A stretch of DNA of 64,000 nucleotides from an uncultured Flavobacteriales bacterium (GTDB taxonomy: Bacteria; Bacteroidota; Bacteroidia; Flavobacteriales_D; Crocinitomicaceae), in assembly GCA_913020765.1 (NCBI GenBank), contig CAJWAO010000003.1:64-64063 (forward strand), read 5' to 3'. The notes under the pieces are model-generated. The model was given only the letters and a program-made list of their open reading frames with translations. It was not told the origin of the DNA and did no database searches. Positions 54,073 to 63,876 of this stretch are shown here, one piece after another. Every line of letters starts with the position of its first letter. Position 1 is the first letter of the stretch. A program made the translations under genes and the position numbers.

Positions 54073-56712
54073 TTAGGCATTCTCCTCTAATAGTGCATCC
54101 TTTTCTATTTCGGCATCTAAATAGCTCTGAACAATATCAATGGCATTGTCAATGACATCACTCAGTGCAACAATATACGTTCCTTCTTCGGCCAAGGAAA
54201 TCGCGTGCTTAATTGCCTCAATCTCTAATGATATCACTTCATGGGTCACCGATGAGTCACCTTCCTGAAGACCTTCTAATATTAGGTTGATAATTTCTTT
54301 TTCCGTGCGACCTCTGAGGTGCTTTTCCTGTCTTATGATTACGTGATCAAACATTCTTGCTGCAATTACTGCACATTCCTTAATGTCCTCATCTCGTCGA
54401 TCTCCAACACCTGAGATAATTCCGATTTTTCTTGTAGCATCAACACTTCCTAGAAAATCTTCAATTCCTCTGTAGCTAGTTGGATTGTGTGCAAAATCTA
54501 TCAGCACCTTGAATTTTGAAAATTCAAAAATATTCATGCGTCCTGGTGTTTGCGCCGCGCTCGGAATAAAGGTGGCTAATGATAATTTGATGCCTTCTGT
54601 TTTGAAACCATATAGGTATGCAGATAAAGTAGCCGCCAGAACATTAGCAATCATAAACTTCGCTTTACCATTCATCGTTAGTGGTATGTGTGTTGCTCTT
54701 TCAACGCGAATTTTCCAGTCTCCCTTTTTTATGGTGATGTATCCATTTTCATAGATTGCAGCGATTCCTCCTTCCGCACAATGTTCCACGATGGCAGGAC
54801 AATTTTCGTCTAAGCTAAACAAAGCTACGTTACAAGAAAGAGAGCTGGCAATTTCTAAGCAATGCGCGTCCTCACCGTTCAGAACGGCCCAACCATCTTT
54901 TTTTACACTCTCAACTACCACAGACTTTACCCTTGCAAGATCTTTTAAGTTATGAATATCACTCAGGCCTAAATGGTCCTCTTGGATATTTGTGATTACT
55001 CCAATATCACAAACCTTGAAACCAAGTCCAGATCTTAAAATACCTCCACGAGCCGTTTCTAAAACAGCAAATTCGACATTTGGATCTTTTAAAACATACT
55101 CGGCACTAATGGGGCCTGTTGTATCTCCCTTTTCCATCATGTGATTCTGAATGTAAATCCCGTCTGAGGTAGTAAAGCCAACCTTGTAATTATTGTTTTT
55201 AACAATGTGTGCAATTAGTCTTGTAGTCGTGGTTTTTCCATTTGTTCCCGTAACAGATATAATTGGAATCCTAGAAGGTTTTCCTGGGGGATATAGCATG
55301 TCTATCACCGGAGCCGCGACATTTCTCGGCAGTCCCTCAGAAGGAGCAAGGTGCATTCTGAATCCTGGAGCAGCATTGACCTCCAAAATTACACCACCGT
55401 TTTCTTTCAAAGATTGCGTAAGATTTGGCGCCATGATGTCAATCCCACAAATGTCAAGACCTATGACTCTTGAGATTCGTTCTGCGAGAAATACATTTTC
55501 AGGGTGCATTAAGTCTGTTACATCTACGGATGTACCCCCAGTACTTAAGTTTGCAGTTGACTTCAAGTATAAAGTTTCCTTTTCTGGAAGAATGGACTCT
55601 AAAGAATATCCTGCATTTTCGATAAGTCTTTCGGTCGATTTATCGATGGTAATTTCTGTAAGTACGTTTTCATGACCATATCCCCTTCTCGGGTCTTCGT
55701 TTGTGATATCAATAAGCTCTTTAATGTTGTTTTTGCCATTTCCGATAACATGAGCAGGCACTCTTTGCGCAGCAGCAACCACCTCATTGTTAATTACAAG
55801 CACTCTAAAATCAAATCCTGTTATAAATTTCTCGACAATGACCCGTCTTGAATAATCCTTAGCATGCCAAAGTCCTTTCACAGCGTCATCCCAATTTGTT
55901 ACATTTATTGATGCTCCTTTTCCGTGGTTTCCATCTAAAGGTTTGATTACGATAGGATAACCTATATCTTCAATCGTTTCTTGTAAATCTTCCTCATCAT
56001 AACAGATGTCTCCTTTTGCTACAGGGATAGAAGCTTCATCGAGCATTTTTTTAGTTTGCTCCTTATTACAAGCAATATCGACTGCTATATTGCTGGTTTT
56101 ACAAGTTATGGTCGCTTGAAAACGCATTTGGTTGACACCAGCGCCAAGCTGAATCAAAGAGTTTCTTCCAAGTCTCAAAAAAGGAATCCCCCGAGATACA
56201 GCCTCTTCAACGATACTTCCTGTGCTTGGTCCAAGGCGCACATCTTCACGAATTTCTTTCATGTTTTGGATATCCTCTCCTAGGTCGTAATCCTCCCCTG
56301 AAATTAAGGCCTCAGCAATTCTTACAGCCGCTTTAGCGGCATAAACACCTACTTTTTCCTCTAAATAGTTGAAAACAACATTATAAACACCCGGAGTTTT
56401 GGTTTCTCTTGTTCTACCGAATCCAACATCCATTCCTGCTAGGGTTTGTATCTCAAGTGCAATGTGTTCAATCACGTGACCCATCCATGTGCCTCTATCC
56501 ACTCTTTGAAAGAAACCTCCATAGCATCCTTCAGAGCAACGATGTTCGATGAGTGAAGGCAATAAAGCTTCAATTCGTTCTCTAAAACCTTCAATTTTAT
56601 CGGTAGGTCGTTCTTCGAGTTCTTCTAAATCCAGTCTCATCTGGATTAATTTGGTTCTCCTAATGCTCCAAAGATTTGGACCTCTAAGTGCTTGAATTTT
56701 AAGTATTTTCAT
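54073..56712 (-). CDS. cphA: Cyanophycin synthetase (CphA1-type, three domains)
   Basis: 879 aa. Characteristic N-terminus MKILKIQALRGPNLWS and W.GHVIEHIALE. Central ATP-grasp region (IVIKPLDGNHGKG). Mur-ligase-like C-terminal half (VTGTNGKTTT). Confidence 0.9.
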   Translation of the reverse strand: MKILKIQALRGPNLWSIRRTKLIQMRLDLEELEERPTDKIEGFRERIEALLPSLIEHRCSEGCYGGFFQRVDRGTWMGHVIEHIALEIQTLAGMDVGFGRTRETKTPGVYNVVFNYLEEKVGVYAAKAAVRIAEALISGEDYDLGEDIQNMKEIREDVRLGPSTGSIVEEAVSRGIPFLRLGRNSLIQLGAGVNQMRFQATITCKTSNIAVDIACNKEQTKKMLDEASIPVAKGDICYDEEDLQETIEDIGYPIVIKPLDGNHGKGASINVTNWDDAVKGLWHAKDYSRRVIVEKFITGFDFRVLVINNEVVAAAQRVPAHVIGNGKNNIKELIDITNEDPRRGYGHENVLTEITIDKSTERLIENAGYSLESILPEKETLYLKSTANLSTGGTSVDVTDLMHPENVFLAERISRVIGLDICGIDIMAPNLTQSLKENGGVILEVNAAPGFRMHLAPSEGLPRNVAAPVIDMLYPPGKPSRIPIISVTGTNGKTTTTRLIAHIVKNNNYKVGFTTSDGIYIQNHMMEKGDTTGPISAEYVLKDPNVEFAVLETARGGILRSGLGFKVCDIGVITNIQEDHLGLSDIHNLKDLARVKSVVVESVKKDGWAVLNGEDAHCLEIASSLSCNVALFSLDENCPAIVEHCAEGGIAAIYENGYITIKKGDWKIRVERATHIPLTMNGKAKFMIANVLAATLSAYLYGFKTEGIKLSLATFIPSAAQTPGRMNIFEFSKFKVLIDFAHNPTSYRGIEDFLGSVDATRKIGIISGVGDRRDEDIKECAVIAARMFDHVIIRQEKHLRGRTEKEIINLILEGLQEGDSSVTHEVISLEIEAIKHAISLAEEGTYIVALSDVIDNAIDIVQSYLDAEIEKDALLEENA

Positions 56713-56795
56713 GATTTAAACGATATTAATTTTAACGTATCTCTCCCAAAATTTTCGGCAAAGGTACAACATGTATCTGATTCTAAAACAAATCT

Positions 56796-57833
56796 TTAGC
56801 TTTTATCTAAGCTAAAGTGAAATTGACTGCCAACTCCAGGAGTGCTTTTTACAGATATTTTTTGATTGTGCGACTCAATGATATGCTTCACTATTGACAG
56901 CCCAAGCCCAGATCCACCTTCATTTCTAGTGCGGCTTTTTTCAACGCGATAAAACCGTTCAAAAAGTCTTGCGAGCTCGGTTTCATTGATGCCTATGCCA
57001 TTATCGGTTACCTCTATTGTTGTCAACTCATCAATTGTAAATATTGTTATTGAAGTTAAACCACCCTTATTTCCATATGCTATGGAGTTTCGAACTAGAT
57101 TTGTCAAAACTTGACCAATTTTTTCGCGATCTGCGACTACGAAACTGGGTCCCCCTGAATCTTCTAGCTTAAAAGTAATATTTTTTTCTTCTGCCATCAA
57201 CTCCAAGGACTCAAATGTTTCTTTAGCTAATTTGACGATATCAAAAGACTCCATCTTTAGTTGGAATTTTTCATCTTCCATTTTTGTAATGTTATCTAGA
57301 TCCTCTAATATTCCCACAATTCTATCGGTTGAGATAGATGCTCGCTCTAAAAATTTTCGATTGATTTTGTCATCCTCCAAGCCTCCCTCAAGTAATGTCA
57401 AAATATATCCCTGAATTGAGAAAATAGGTGTTTTAAGCTCATGGGCTAAATTTCCAAGAAATTCACGTCTAAAAGCTTCTTGCTCTTTAAGCTTGGATAT
57501 TTCTTTGATTTGAAATTTTTGCCACTGTTGTACACTTTCTTCAGCATTTTCAATCATTTCATCTAATGATTCTTCAAGATAAGGTAGCTGAATTTCTTCT
57601 TGTTTGGTTTGAACAGATCTGTACAATATTGCCAGTCTGTGCTGAATGAATTTCTTTAGAAAGAGACTAAATATTACGAAAACGAAGGCGCCACCGATAA
57701 GGGGTACAAGGAAGAAAAGATAGGATGCTACCTCGGAAATAAACAAGTGAAAAAATAATGTACATGAAAAGCCAAAGAATAATGTTGATAGGCTTCCGTA
57801 TAGAATTAATAGACTGGGTTTTGGATATTTCAC
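56796..57833 (-). CDS. Sensor histidine kinase (two transmembrane segments, HisKA + HATPase_c)
   Basis: H-box FLGNLAHELKTPI, N-box LVRNSIAY, G-boxes DNGIGI and GGSGLGLSIVK. Confidence 0.8.
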   Translation of the reverse strand: MKYPKPSLLILYGSLSTLFFGFSCTLFFHLFISEVASYLFFLVPLIGGAFVFVIFSLFLKKFIQHRLAILYRSVQTKQEEIQLPYLEESLDEMIENAEESVQQWQKFQIKEISKLKEQEAFRREFLGNLAHELKTPIFSIQGYILTLLEGGLEDDKINRKFLERASISTDRIVGILEDLDNITKMEDEKFQLKMESFDIVKLAKETFESLELMAEEKNITFKLEDSGGPSFVVADREKIGQVLTNLVRNSIAYGNKGGLTSITIFTIDELTTIEVTDNGIGINETELARLFERFYRVEKSRTRNEGGSGLGLSIVKHIIESHNQKISVKSTPGVGSQFHFSLDKS

Positions 57834-57934
57834 TTTTCTAATTATTAACGTGCACTTTCATTACACGAATATAGGCATCTTAATCTTTTTGGTTATTCCT
57901 ATCTTATCGCTGCTTATTGTTTTGAACGGAGGGT

Positions 57935-57960
57935 ATAAAAAAAGGGGCCGAAGCCCCTTT
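57935..57960 (-). terminator. Intrinsic terminator after the 57985..60624 OmpA gene
   Basis: Stem aaaggggc (57941-57948) / gccccttt (57953-57960) with loop cgaa. On the minus strand it is followed by a T-run (A-run 57935-57943 on the plus strand). Confidence 0.65.
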
Positions 57961-57984
57961 CTGGTTTAAAGATAATTTATGTTT

Positions 57985-60624
57985 TTATTCAAAAACAATT
58001 TTCATTTCTACACGTCTATTTTTCTGGCGTCCTTCGGCTGTTTTGTTATCAGCAATAGGAGCGGTTTCTCCGAAGAACTTGATTACCAACTGTGCCTCAG
58101 TAACGCCTTTAGAAATTAAGAAGCGTTTCACAGATTCTGCTCTCTTTTTAGACAATACCATATTCTTATCAGCATTACCTACGTCATCTGTGTGACCCGA
58201 AATCTCGAGTACCCATGTAGGCCTTTCCTTAAGCACATCAGAAAGCTCTTCCAATGAAGGTTTAGACTCCGAAAGAATAATGTCTTTACCTGTTCTAAAT
58301 TCAAGGTTATCAAATGCTGTTTTAAGAACCTCGACAACTTTCTCTTCAAGAACTGGACATCCATTGTTTTCAATTGGACCAGGTGTATTTGGACATTCGT
58401 CGTCCTTGTCAAGTGTTCCGTCTCCATCTGTGTCTGTATATGGACAACCTTTATTTTCTTTAGGACCCGGGATTGTTGGACAGTCATCATCTTTATCTAA
58501 TAAACCGTCTTTATCTGTATCTGGCCATGGACAACCATTATTTTCTTTAGGACCAGGTGTTTCGATACAATCATCGATTCCATCAATGATGCCATCTTTA
58601 TCTGTATCTGGACATCCTTGGAATTCTTTTTCGCCATAGACTAGTGGACAAGCATCATCTTGGTCACTAATTCCATCCCCATCTGTATCAGGACAGCCAT
58701 TGAACTCAACCACTCCGGAATCTAATGGGCAGTCGTCTTCTTTGTCCATAATTCCGTCATTATCTGTATCAGGGCATCCTTTGAATGCAACCAATCCTGA
58801 ATCTAGTGGGCAATCGTCTTCTTTGTCCATGATGCCGTCATTATCGGTATCGGGACATCCGTTAAACGCTTGTATTCCCGGTGTGTCTGGACAATCATCT
58901 GCCTTATCAGGAATCGAATCTCCATCACGATCTGGGCATCCTTTAAATTCAACAAGTCCAGAATCAGCCGGGCAGTCATCTTTCATATCAATGATTCCAT
59001 CATTATCAGTATCAGGACAACCTTTGAAGGTCCAAGGTCCTGGTTCAGTAATACAATCATCAACCTTATCTGAAACTTTATCTCCGTCGATATCGCTTGG
59101 TGCACTATATAGAATAGGAATATGCACTCCTGCAAAAAATTCAGCACCTCTTACTTTTCCTGCTGCAAATAGTGTTCTAAAATCTGTAACTCCAAGCGTC
59201 AAAGGTCCAAGGCGTGTCGCCAAACCTGCTTTAAATCCACTGTAACTGTTCATTGATATCGGTAAGTGAACGCCAAGCCAAGCAAAGTCGAAGCTTGGTG
59301 TGATTGAGAATTGACTTGGTACTTTGACTTTTGCATCTCTATTTCTCGATACAATATTGAAAATACCTGTTGCATTTACGTAGAAGGATTTCCAAATGTG
59401 ATAATCTACCTGAAAACTAAAAGCAGAAGGTGTCCGCATAAAGAAGGTAGATGCAGTGTCTCTTTCTCCAGCCGTCCATTCTGTATTTCCTGCTGCGCTT
59501 GACTCATCAATTAAGGAATCAATAATTCCGTCAAGACCGTCAAGCCCTTGAGCTGACTCAAACGTATTCAAATCAAATAGGTTTGAGGTTTGAACAGAAA
59601 AGTCGCGACTTAAACCACCTTTCTTAAAACTCATTCCTCCGAGATCTGTAAGCGACAAACCAACCCTTAATTTGTATTTGTTTTGGTCACGAGCCCATAG
59701 ATTGGTCTCACCATCCATATCGTATTTGTAGTCTTTATAGTCGGGTCTCCATTCATAAACAACACCTAGATCTAAACCAAATCCATTAGCCGATGCTTTT
59801 GGGGCACCACCAATTCCATCACTGTTAAGATTTTCATTCGCAGCATCCTCAATACTTTCAGAATAACCATATCCAAAGTCCCCGCTTAGAAATTGGGTGG
59901 TATCATCATTATACAAGTTGTATTCGAGGTTGTTACTAAACATGTAAGCCGCTGCGTACCCTGCTAAATATTTTAAGTTCACCCCTCCCTTGAGGAAGTG
60001 CTCTCCTTCTTCTTTGATGACTTGAGAATAGTTTAAACCATATTCTGCCCAAGTCATATGGTTTACGTTAATCAATTCTTCGGGTATATCTTGATCCCAA
60101 AAATATTGGTCTTCTAGTTCTTGTTCAGCCAGATATGCAAGTTTAGGGTTAATATTATCAACATTGGTGATTGACCTCATCTTAATCCCTAAACCAATCG
60201 CAGCCTTTGGTGTTATGTGGACCATAAAGTTGAGTAGATCAAGCTGGAAATTTGTGTTGAAACCAAGAACCCCCGCAGAATTCTGGTCATATAGCTTAGG
60301 TAAAAAACTATATCCACCGAAGTAATCACCTTCTAACGTAGAATCAGCATCAACAGACCATGAATCTATGGCATCTTGATCCTGGAAAGAACCTTTCCAC
60401 CATTTCGGCAAAATGGATGCATCAAAAGCTCCAAAATTTTGATAAGCACTAAAATTGGTGCTAAACAAATTTAGATCAAACTTAAAACGTCCATCAACAA
60501 AGCTTGCCGGTTGTAAATCCATTCCCATAGCTCCGGCGTAATTACTGGATGAAACACCCAAATAATTTTGTGAATATCCTGAAAAGCTTATTAAGAAAAG
60601 TAGAATAAAGCTGATTTTTTTCAT
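57985..60624 (-). CDS. OmpA-family outer membrane protein: N-terminal beta-barrel-like region + nine thrombospondin type 3 (TSP3) calcium-binding repeats + C-terminal OmpA_C domain
   Basis: Signal ..FSGYS|QN. Nine D.D.DG..D..D.CP motifs. C-terminus ..GHTD..G....N..LS..RA..V..FL...G.......FGE..P.......GR..NRRVE. Confidence 0.85.
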   Translation of the reverse strand: MKKISFILLFLISFSGYSQNYLGVSSSNYAGAMGMDLQPASFVDGRFKFDLNLFSTNFSAYQNFGAFDASILPKWWKGSFQDQDAIDSWSVDADSTLEGDYFGGYSFLPKLYDQNSAGVLGFNTNFQLDLLNFMVHITPKAAIGLGIKMRSITNVDNINPKLAYLAEQELEDQYFWDQDIPEELINVNHMTWAEYGLNYSQVIKEEGEHFLKGGVNLKYLAGYAAAYMFSNNLEYNLYNDDTTQFLSGDFGYGYSESIEDAANENLNSDGIGGAPKASANGFGLDLGVVYEWRPDYKDYKYDMDGETNLWARDQNKYKLRVGLSLTDLGGMSFKKGGLSRDFSVQTSNLFDLNTFESAQGLDGLDGIIDSLIDESSAAGNTEWTAGERDTASTFFMRTPSAFSFQVDYHIWKSFYVNATGIFNIVSRNRDAKVKVPSQFSITPSFDFAWLGVHLPISMNSYSGFKAGLATRLGPLTLGVTDFRTLFAAGKVRGAEFFAGVHIPILYSAPSDIDGDKVSDKVDDCITEPGPWTFKGCPDTDNDGIIDMKDDCPADSGLVEFKGCPDRDGDSIPDKADDCPDTPGIQAFNGCPDTDNDGIMDKEDDCPLDSGLVAFKGCPDTDNDGIMDKEDDCPLDSGVVEFNGCPDTDGDGISDQDDACPLVYGEKEFQGCPDTDKDGIIDGIDDCIETPGPKENNGCPWPDTDKDGLLDKDDDCPTIPGPKENKGCPYTDTDGDGTLDKDDECPNTPGPIENNGCPVLEEKVVEVLKTAFDNLEFRTGKDIILSESKPSLEELSDVLKERPTWVLEISGHTDDVGNADKNMVLSKKRAESVKRFLISKGVTEAQLVIKFFGETAPIADNKTAEGRQKNRRVEMKIVFE
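58390..59097 (-). repeat. TSP3 repeat array (coding) within the OmpA gene; units 4 and 5 are a recent-looking 81-bp tandem duplication
   Basis: Nine (D.D.DG..D..DDCP...G...F.GCP) units. 58691-58771 versus 58772-58852 are identical at 68 of 81 positions by hand alignment. Confidence 0.7.
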
Positions 60625-60626
60625 AT

Positions 60627-62804
60627 TTAAAATTTAGTGTATTGTATTAAAATTTCACCGAGAAAAGTTGTAATTGAAATACCTCGATGATCATAGGTCG
60701 TTAGTTGGAGATTTTTTTCTCCCCGTATTTTTTCTGCAGTTTCAGTTAAATTTTTAGAATCTAAAAGTACAATTTTGTTTTCAATACCATCTAAAACTCC
60801 AATTTGAATTGGTTTATTTTCTGAAGAATAGATCGATACTTTATCAATTGACGAACAACCTAAGGTCTTCTGTCCGATAAATTGCCCTGTGGTATTGATG
60901 GTGATGAGTTCATTTTCTCTCGCAAATAACAATTCAATATTTGAACCATTAAAGAAGGCGTTCATATATTTAAACCCTTCTGGTTTACTTATGGCTGATC
61001 TCTTTCCGAATATATCGAAAGTATGGTCTTTATTTTTAGAAATAATGACAGAAAATTCTTGAAACTTCAGTAATTCATATGAATCTTCGAGCTGAATTTT
61101 TCTTTTTGTTCTTTTTTGCTCTAAATCAATAATAAAGAAGGTTTTTTCACAGAGCACACCTACATGCTTGCGATTATTTTCTTTGAAGAGTACCATATCT
61201 AAGATAGGGGAACTGAAATTATATACAGATTTATTTCTGCCGTCGTTATCAGTTACATTCATTCTAGTGATATTTGGTATCAGAAATGCAATTTTGTTCT
61301 TTAACCTAAATCGAATCGGATGAACTGCGCCTGAGGTGGGAAAACGATTAAGAATACGTCCGGCTTTATCAATGATTATGGCTTCATCATCGAAAAGTAT
61401 TGAAATATCTTGGTTTTTTTCGCTAGACATTTCCATTAATTTAGGTTCTTTTATGACCGGCCTATCAAAAGTTTTTTCCCACATTCTTATTCCATTTTCA
61501 TACCTAATCCATTTATTGGATTCAGTGATTAAAAAGGTGTTTCCTCTTCCAGAGTAGGCATAAAATGAACTAACTTTTTCACTAGGATTCATTGATAAAT
61601 AACTTTTGAACCCCTCCTCATTATTTATTTTTTTATTCTTCTCGCTCTCATATTTGGTGGTGACCCATTCATTACCGGCGCAACTGACTGCCAATAAATC
61701 CCCTGCTTTATTATAGGATCGGTGAAGTACTGCTTTCGGTAAATCCCCATAAAGCTGTTGCATTTTTATTTTGTCCATCCCTAATGAATTCCCTAGCGTC
61801 ACCTCAGTGGTAAATTGATCGAAAAGCGTTTTGTTTTTAGATAAAATAGCAAAACCTTCAATATCACTTGCATACAAACCCGCTTTCGCAGTTGAATCCA
61901 AAATAAGAGGGAGTGTTATTTCTTTCAAGTATTGAAAGTTTTGTTCTGCGTTTTCGTATCCATTTGTATCATTGATATTTTCAAGGAGTGTTTGGCCTTC
62001 CTTTATATCGAGCAGAATTACCGACTCTTTTCCTTTTTTGAGTAACAGAATACCTTTATTAATCCATTGGTACAAAGGATTTTTTTTGAATTCAGGATCT
62101 AGAGTTTCCAAGTATGTTTTTTCATAAAATTGATATGCATCAAATTCAGCAGAAATAAATTTTGAATACAATTGCTCATCCAATATATTTTTTGCGCTTG
62201 AGGCTTTAATTGATACGTTCACATAGGAGATTAAAGCATCCCCTTTCCTGTAATAATCGGTTGTTTCTGAAATGGAATCATTGAAAATTATTTCGCTGTA
62301 GGTGGCTTTTCTATCAATTGTAAATTGATATTTCCCTAGCGCTAAAGATTCTTCAGAGTCATTGAGTACAAGTAAATGCTTGGAGTAATGTCCGTGATAT
62401 GCGCCAAATTGTATTTTTCGATTACCTAAAAATTTAATCTTGTATTGTCCATTTCGAAACAGTTCTTTCAAGCCGCTTTGTGTCCATTCATCGCGTGCTT
62501 CAAAAATAACAAGACCTCTTTTTTTACTAAAATAGATGGTACAGTTATCTGGGACACTTGGGAAGAGGCTATTGACCAAATCCATATTTCGTGAAACAGA
62601 CTGGATTCTTTCCTTTTCAAGTGATAAACGACTGGGAAAGGAGATAGCATAAACAGAGGAGTCCGCTACTGAAAAATACCTCGGAATTTCTTGGGTGCCA
62701 TTTTGTGCAATAAGTCCTTTCGCTATTGAAAATGTTACATACAGACAAAGTGCAAGTATAGCGAAAAGAAAACCTTTTTTGAGCATCCTCAAAGTTACAT
62801 TCAA
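60627..62804 (-). CDS. Hypothetical large protein with an N-terminal signal/anchor; unknown function
   Basis: 725-aa ORF with hydrophobic N-terminus GFLFAILALCLYVTFSI. No recognised motif. Its stop is 2 nt before the ATG of the OmpA gene. Confidence 0.55.
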   Translation of the reverse strand: MNVTLRMLKKGFLFAILALCLYVTFSIAKGLIAQNGTQEIPRYFSVADSSVYAISFPSRLSLEKERIQSVSRNMDLVNSLFPSVPDNCTIYFSKKRGLVIFEARDEWTQSGLKELFRNGQYKIKFLGNRKIQFGAYHGHYSKHLLVLNDSEESLALGKYQFTIDRKATYSEIIFNDSISETTDYYRKGDALISYVNVSIKASSAKNILDEQLYSKFISAEFDAYQFYEKTYLETLDPEFKKNPLYQWINKGILLLKKGKESVILLDIKEGQTLLENINDTNGYENAEQNFQYLKEITLPLILDSTAKAGLYASDIEGFAILSKNKTLFDQFTTEVTLGNSLGMDKIKMQQLYGDLPKAVLHRSYNKAGDLLAVSCAGNEWVTTKYESEKNKKINNEEGFKSYLSMNPSEKVSSFYAYSGRGNTFLITESNKWIRYENGIRMWEKTFDRPVIKEPKLMEMSSEKNQDISILFDDEAIIIDKAGRILNRFPTSGAVHPIRFRLKNKIAFLIPNITRMNVTDNDGRNKSVYNFSSPILDMVLFKENNRKHVGVLCEKTFFIIDLEQKRTKRKIQLEDSYELLKFQEFSVIISKNKDHTFDIFGKRSAISKPEGFKYMNAFFNGSNIELLFARENELITINTTGQFIGQKTLGCSSIDKVSIYSSENKPIQIGVLDGIENKIVLLDSKNLTETAEKIRGEKNLQLTTYDHRGISITTFLGEILIQYTKF

Positions 62805-62854
62805 ACATGTGAGTAAATGGAAGTCGATTTAAAATGAAATTAACATTCCATTGT

Positions 62855-63469
62855 TTACTTAAACAAGGTCAATTGTGTATCATCACCAAGGAGGTTAAAG
62901 GACATACGATGTTCTTTGGTGGCACCGTATTTTAAGATTGCAGCCCTGTGCTTTTTTGTTGGGTAACCCTTATTTTTATTCCAATCATATTGCGGGTGTT
63001 TTTTGTGTAGATTGCTCATAATTTCATCTCTAGTTGTTTTTGCCAAAATAGATGCTGCAGCAATCGATTGATAGATTCCATCTCCTTTTATGATACATGC
63101 ATGTGGAATATTTTTGAAAGGATTAAATCTATTTCCATCGATTAAGAGATGCTCTGGAGTCTTTTTACTCAATGCCTCAATGGCACGGTGCATGGCGAGG
63201 AAACTCGCATTTAAAATATTTATTTCATCTATTTCAATATTAGTGACAATACCTATCCCATAATCTATTGCGCTCTTCAGAATCTCTTCCCTTATCACTA
63301 GTCTAGATTTTTCGTTTAGCTTTTTTGAATCATCTAAACCCATTATTGCCTTGTTCGGATTGAGAATGACTGCTCCCGCAACCACCGGCCCTGCAAGACA
63401 ACCTCTACCAGCCTCATCACACCCCGCCTCTACACGGTTTTTATCACAATAGGGGCGTAAACTTTTCAT
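62855..63469 (-). CDS. rnhB: Ribonuclease HII
   Basis: 204 aa. Motifs GCDEAGRGCLAGPVV, DSKKL, and ASI.AK..RD. Confidence 0.9.
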   Translation of the reverse strand: MKSLRPYCDKNRVEAGCDEAGRGCLAGPVVAGAVILNPNKAIMGLDDSKKLNEKSRLVIREEILKSAIDYGIGIVTNIEIDEINILNASFLAMHRAIEALSKKTPEHLLIDGNRFNPFKNIPHACIIKGDGIYQSIAAASILAKTTRDEIMSNLHKKHPQYDWNKNKGYPTKKHRAAILKYGATKEHRMSFNLLGDDTQLTLFK

Positions 63470-63516
63470 GCTTTAAAATTCGCAAAAATATCGTAAATTA
63501 GCGGAAATTATTAGCT

Positions 63517-63876
63517 ATGAAATCTTTCTTATTCTCGATCGCCTTTTTTACTATTTGCTTCTCTTTATTTTCTCAAGAGGCTTCTGTTGACAACCGACAA
63601 ATGTTTGAGCAATCTATTGCTGATGGCGTTATTTCGATGATTCTTCCTGCCAGTGTGAGTGCTGATGAAGTGGCGAAATATGCTAAATATTACACACCCT
63701 ATTTCACGACCTCTTTTGATGCAGATGCTCACAAAGTAACATTCACAATGGTAAATAATGATGCAGATTCGAGAAGAGTGATAATGAGGTTTTTAGGTGC
63801 GTCTAAAATACAAACTGTTAAGGTTGAGGGGGAGTCTTTTCTTGTCCACGAACTTTACGAGACTTTTCTCAACTAA
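63517..63876 (+). CDS. Hypothetical small secreted protein
   Basis: 119 aa with signal peptide ..CFSLFS|QE. No recognised motif. Confidence 0.45.
   Translation: MKSFLFSIAFFTICFSLFSQEASVDNRQMFEQSIADGVISMILPASVSADEVAKYAKYYTPYFTTSFDADAHKVTFTMVNNDADSRRVIMRFLGASKIQTVKVEGESFLVHELYETFLN

Noticed and set aside
55193-55675. 160-aa plus-strand ORF inside cphA, plus similar antisense ORFs in lptB (10322-10651), the acyl-CoA dehydrogenase (30867-31223), purM (42010-42348), the M1 peptidase (44099-44425), htpG (46384-46704) and the SDR (48789-49088)
   Set aside because: Each is fully nested opposite a gene with strong family motifs, and none shows a recognisable motif, signal or plausible promoter. They are most simply chance open frames.
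58280-59245. Long plus-strand ORFs (119 aa and 181 aa) antisense to the OmpA/TSP3 gene
   Set aside because: They are low-complexity Ser/Gly/Pro-rich translations (..SSSLS..PSLSVSGHPLN..) repeating with the same period as the TSP3 units. They arise because antisense Asp/Gly/Cys codons (GAT/GAC/GGA/TGT) contain no stops. The minus-strand frame has clear domain signatures.
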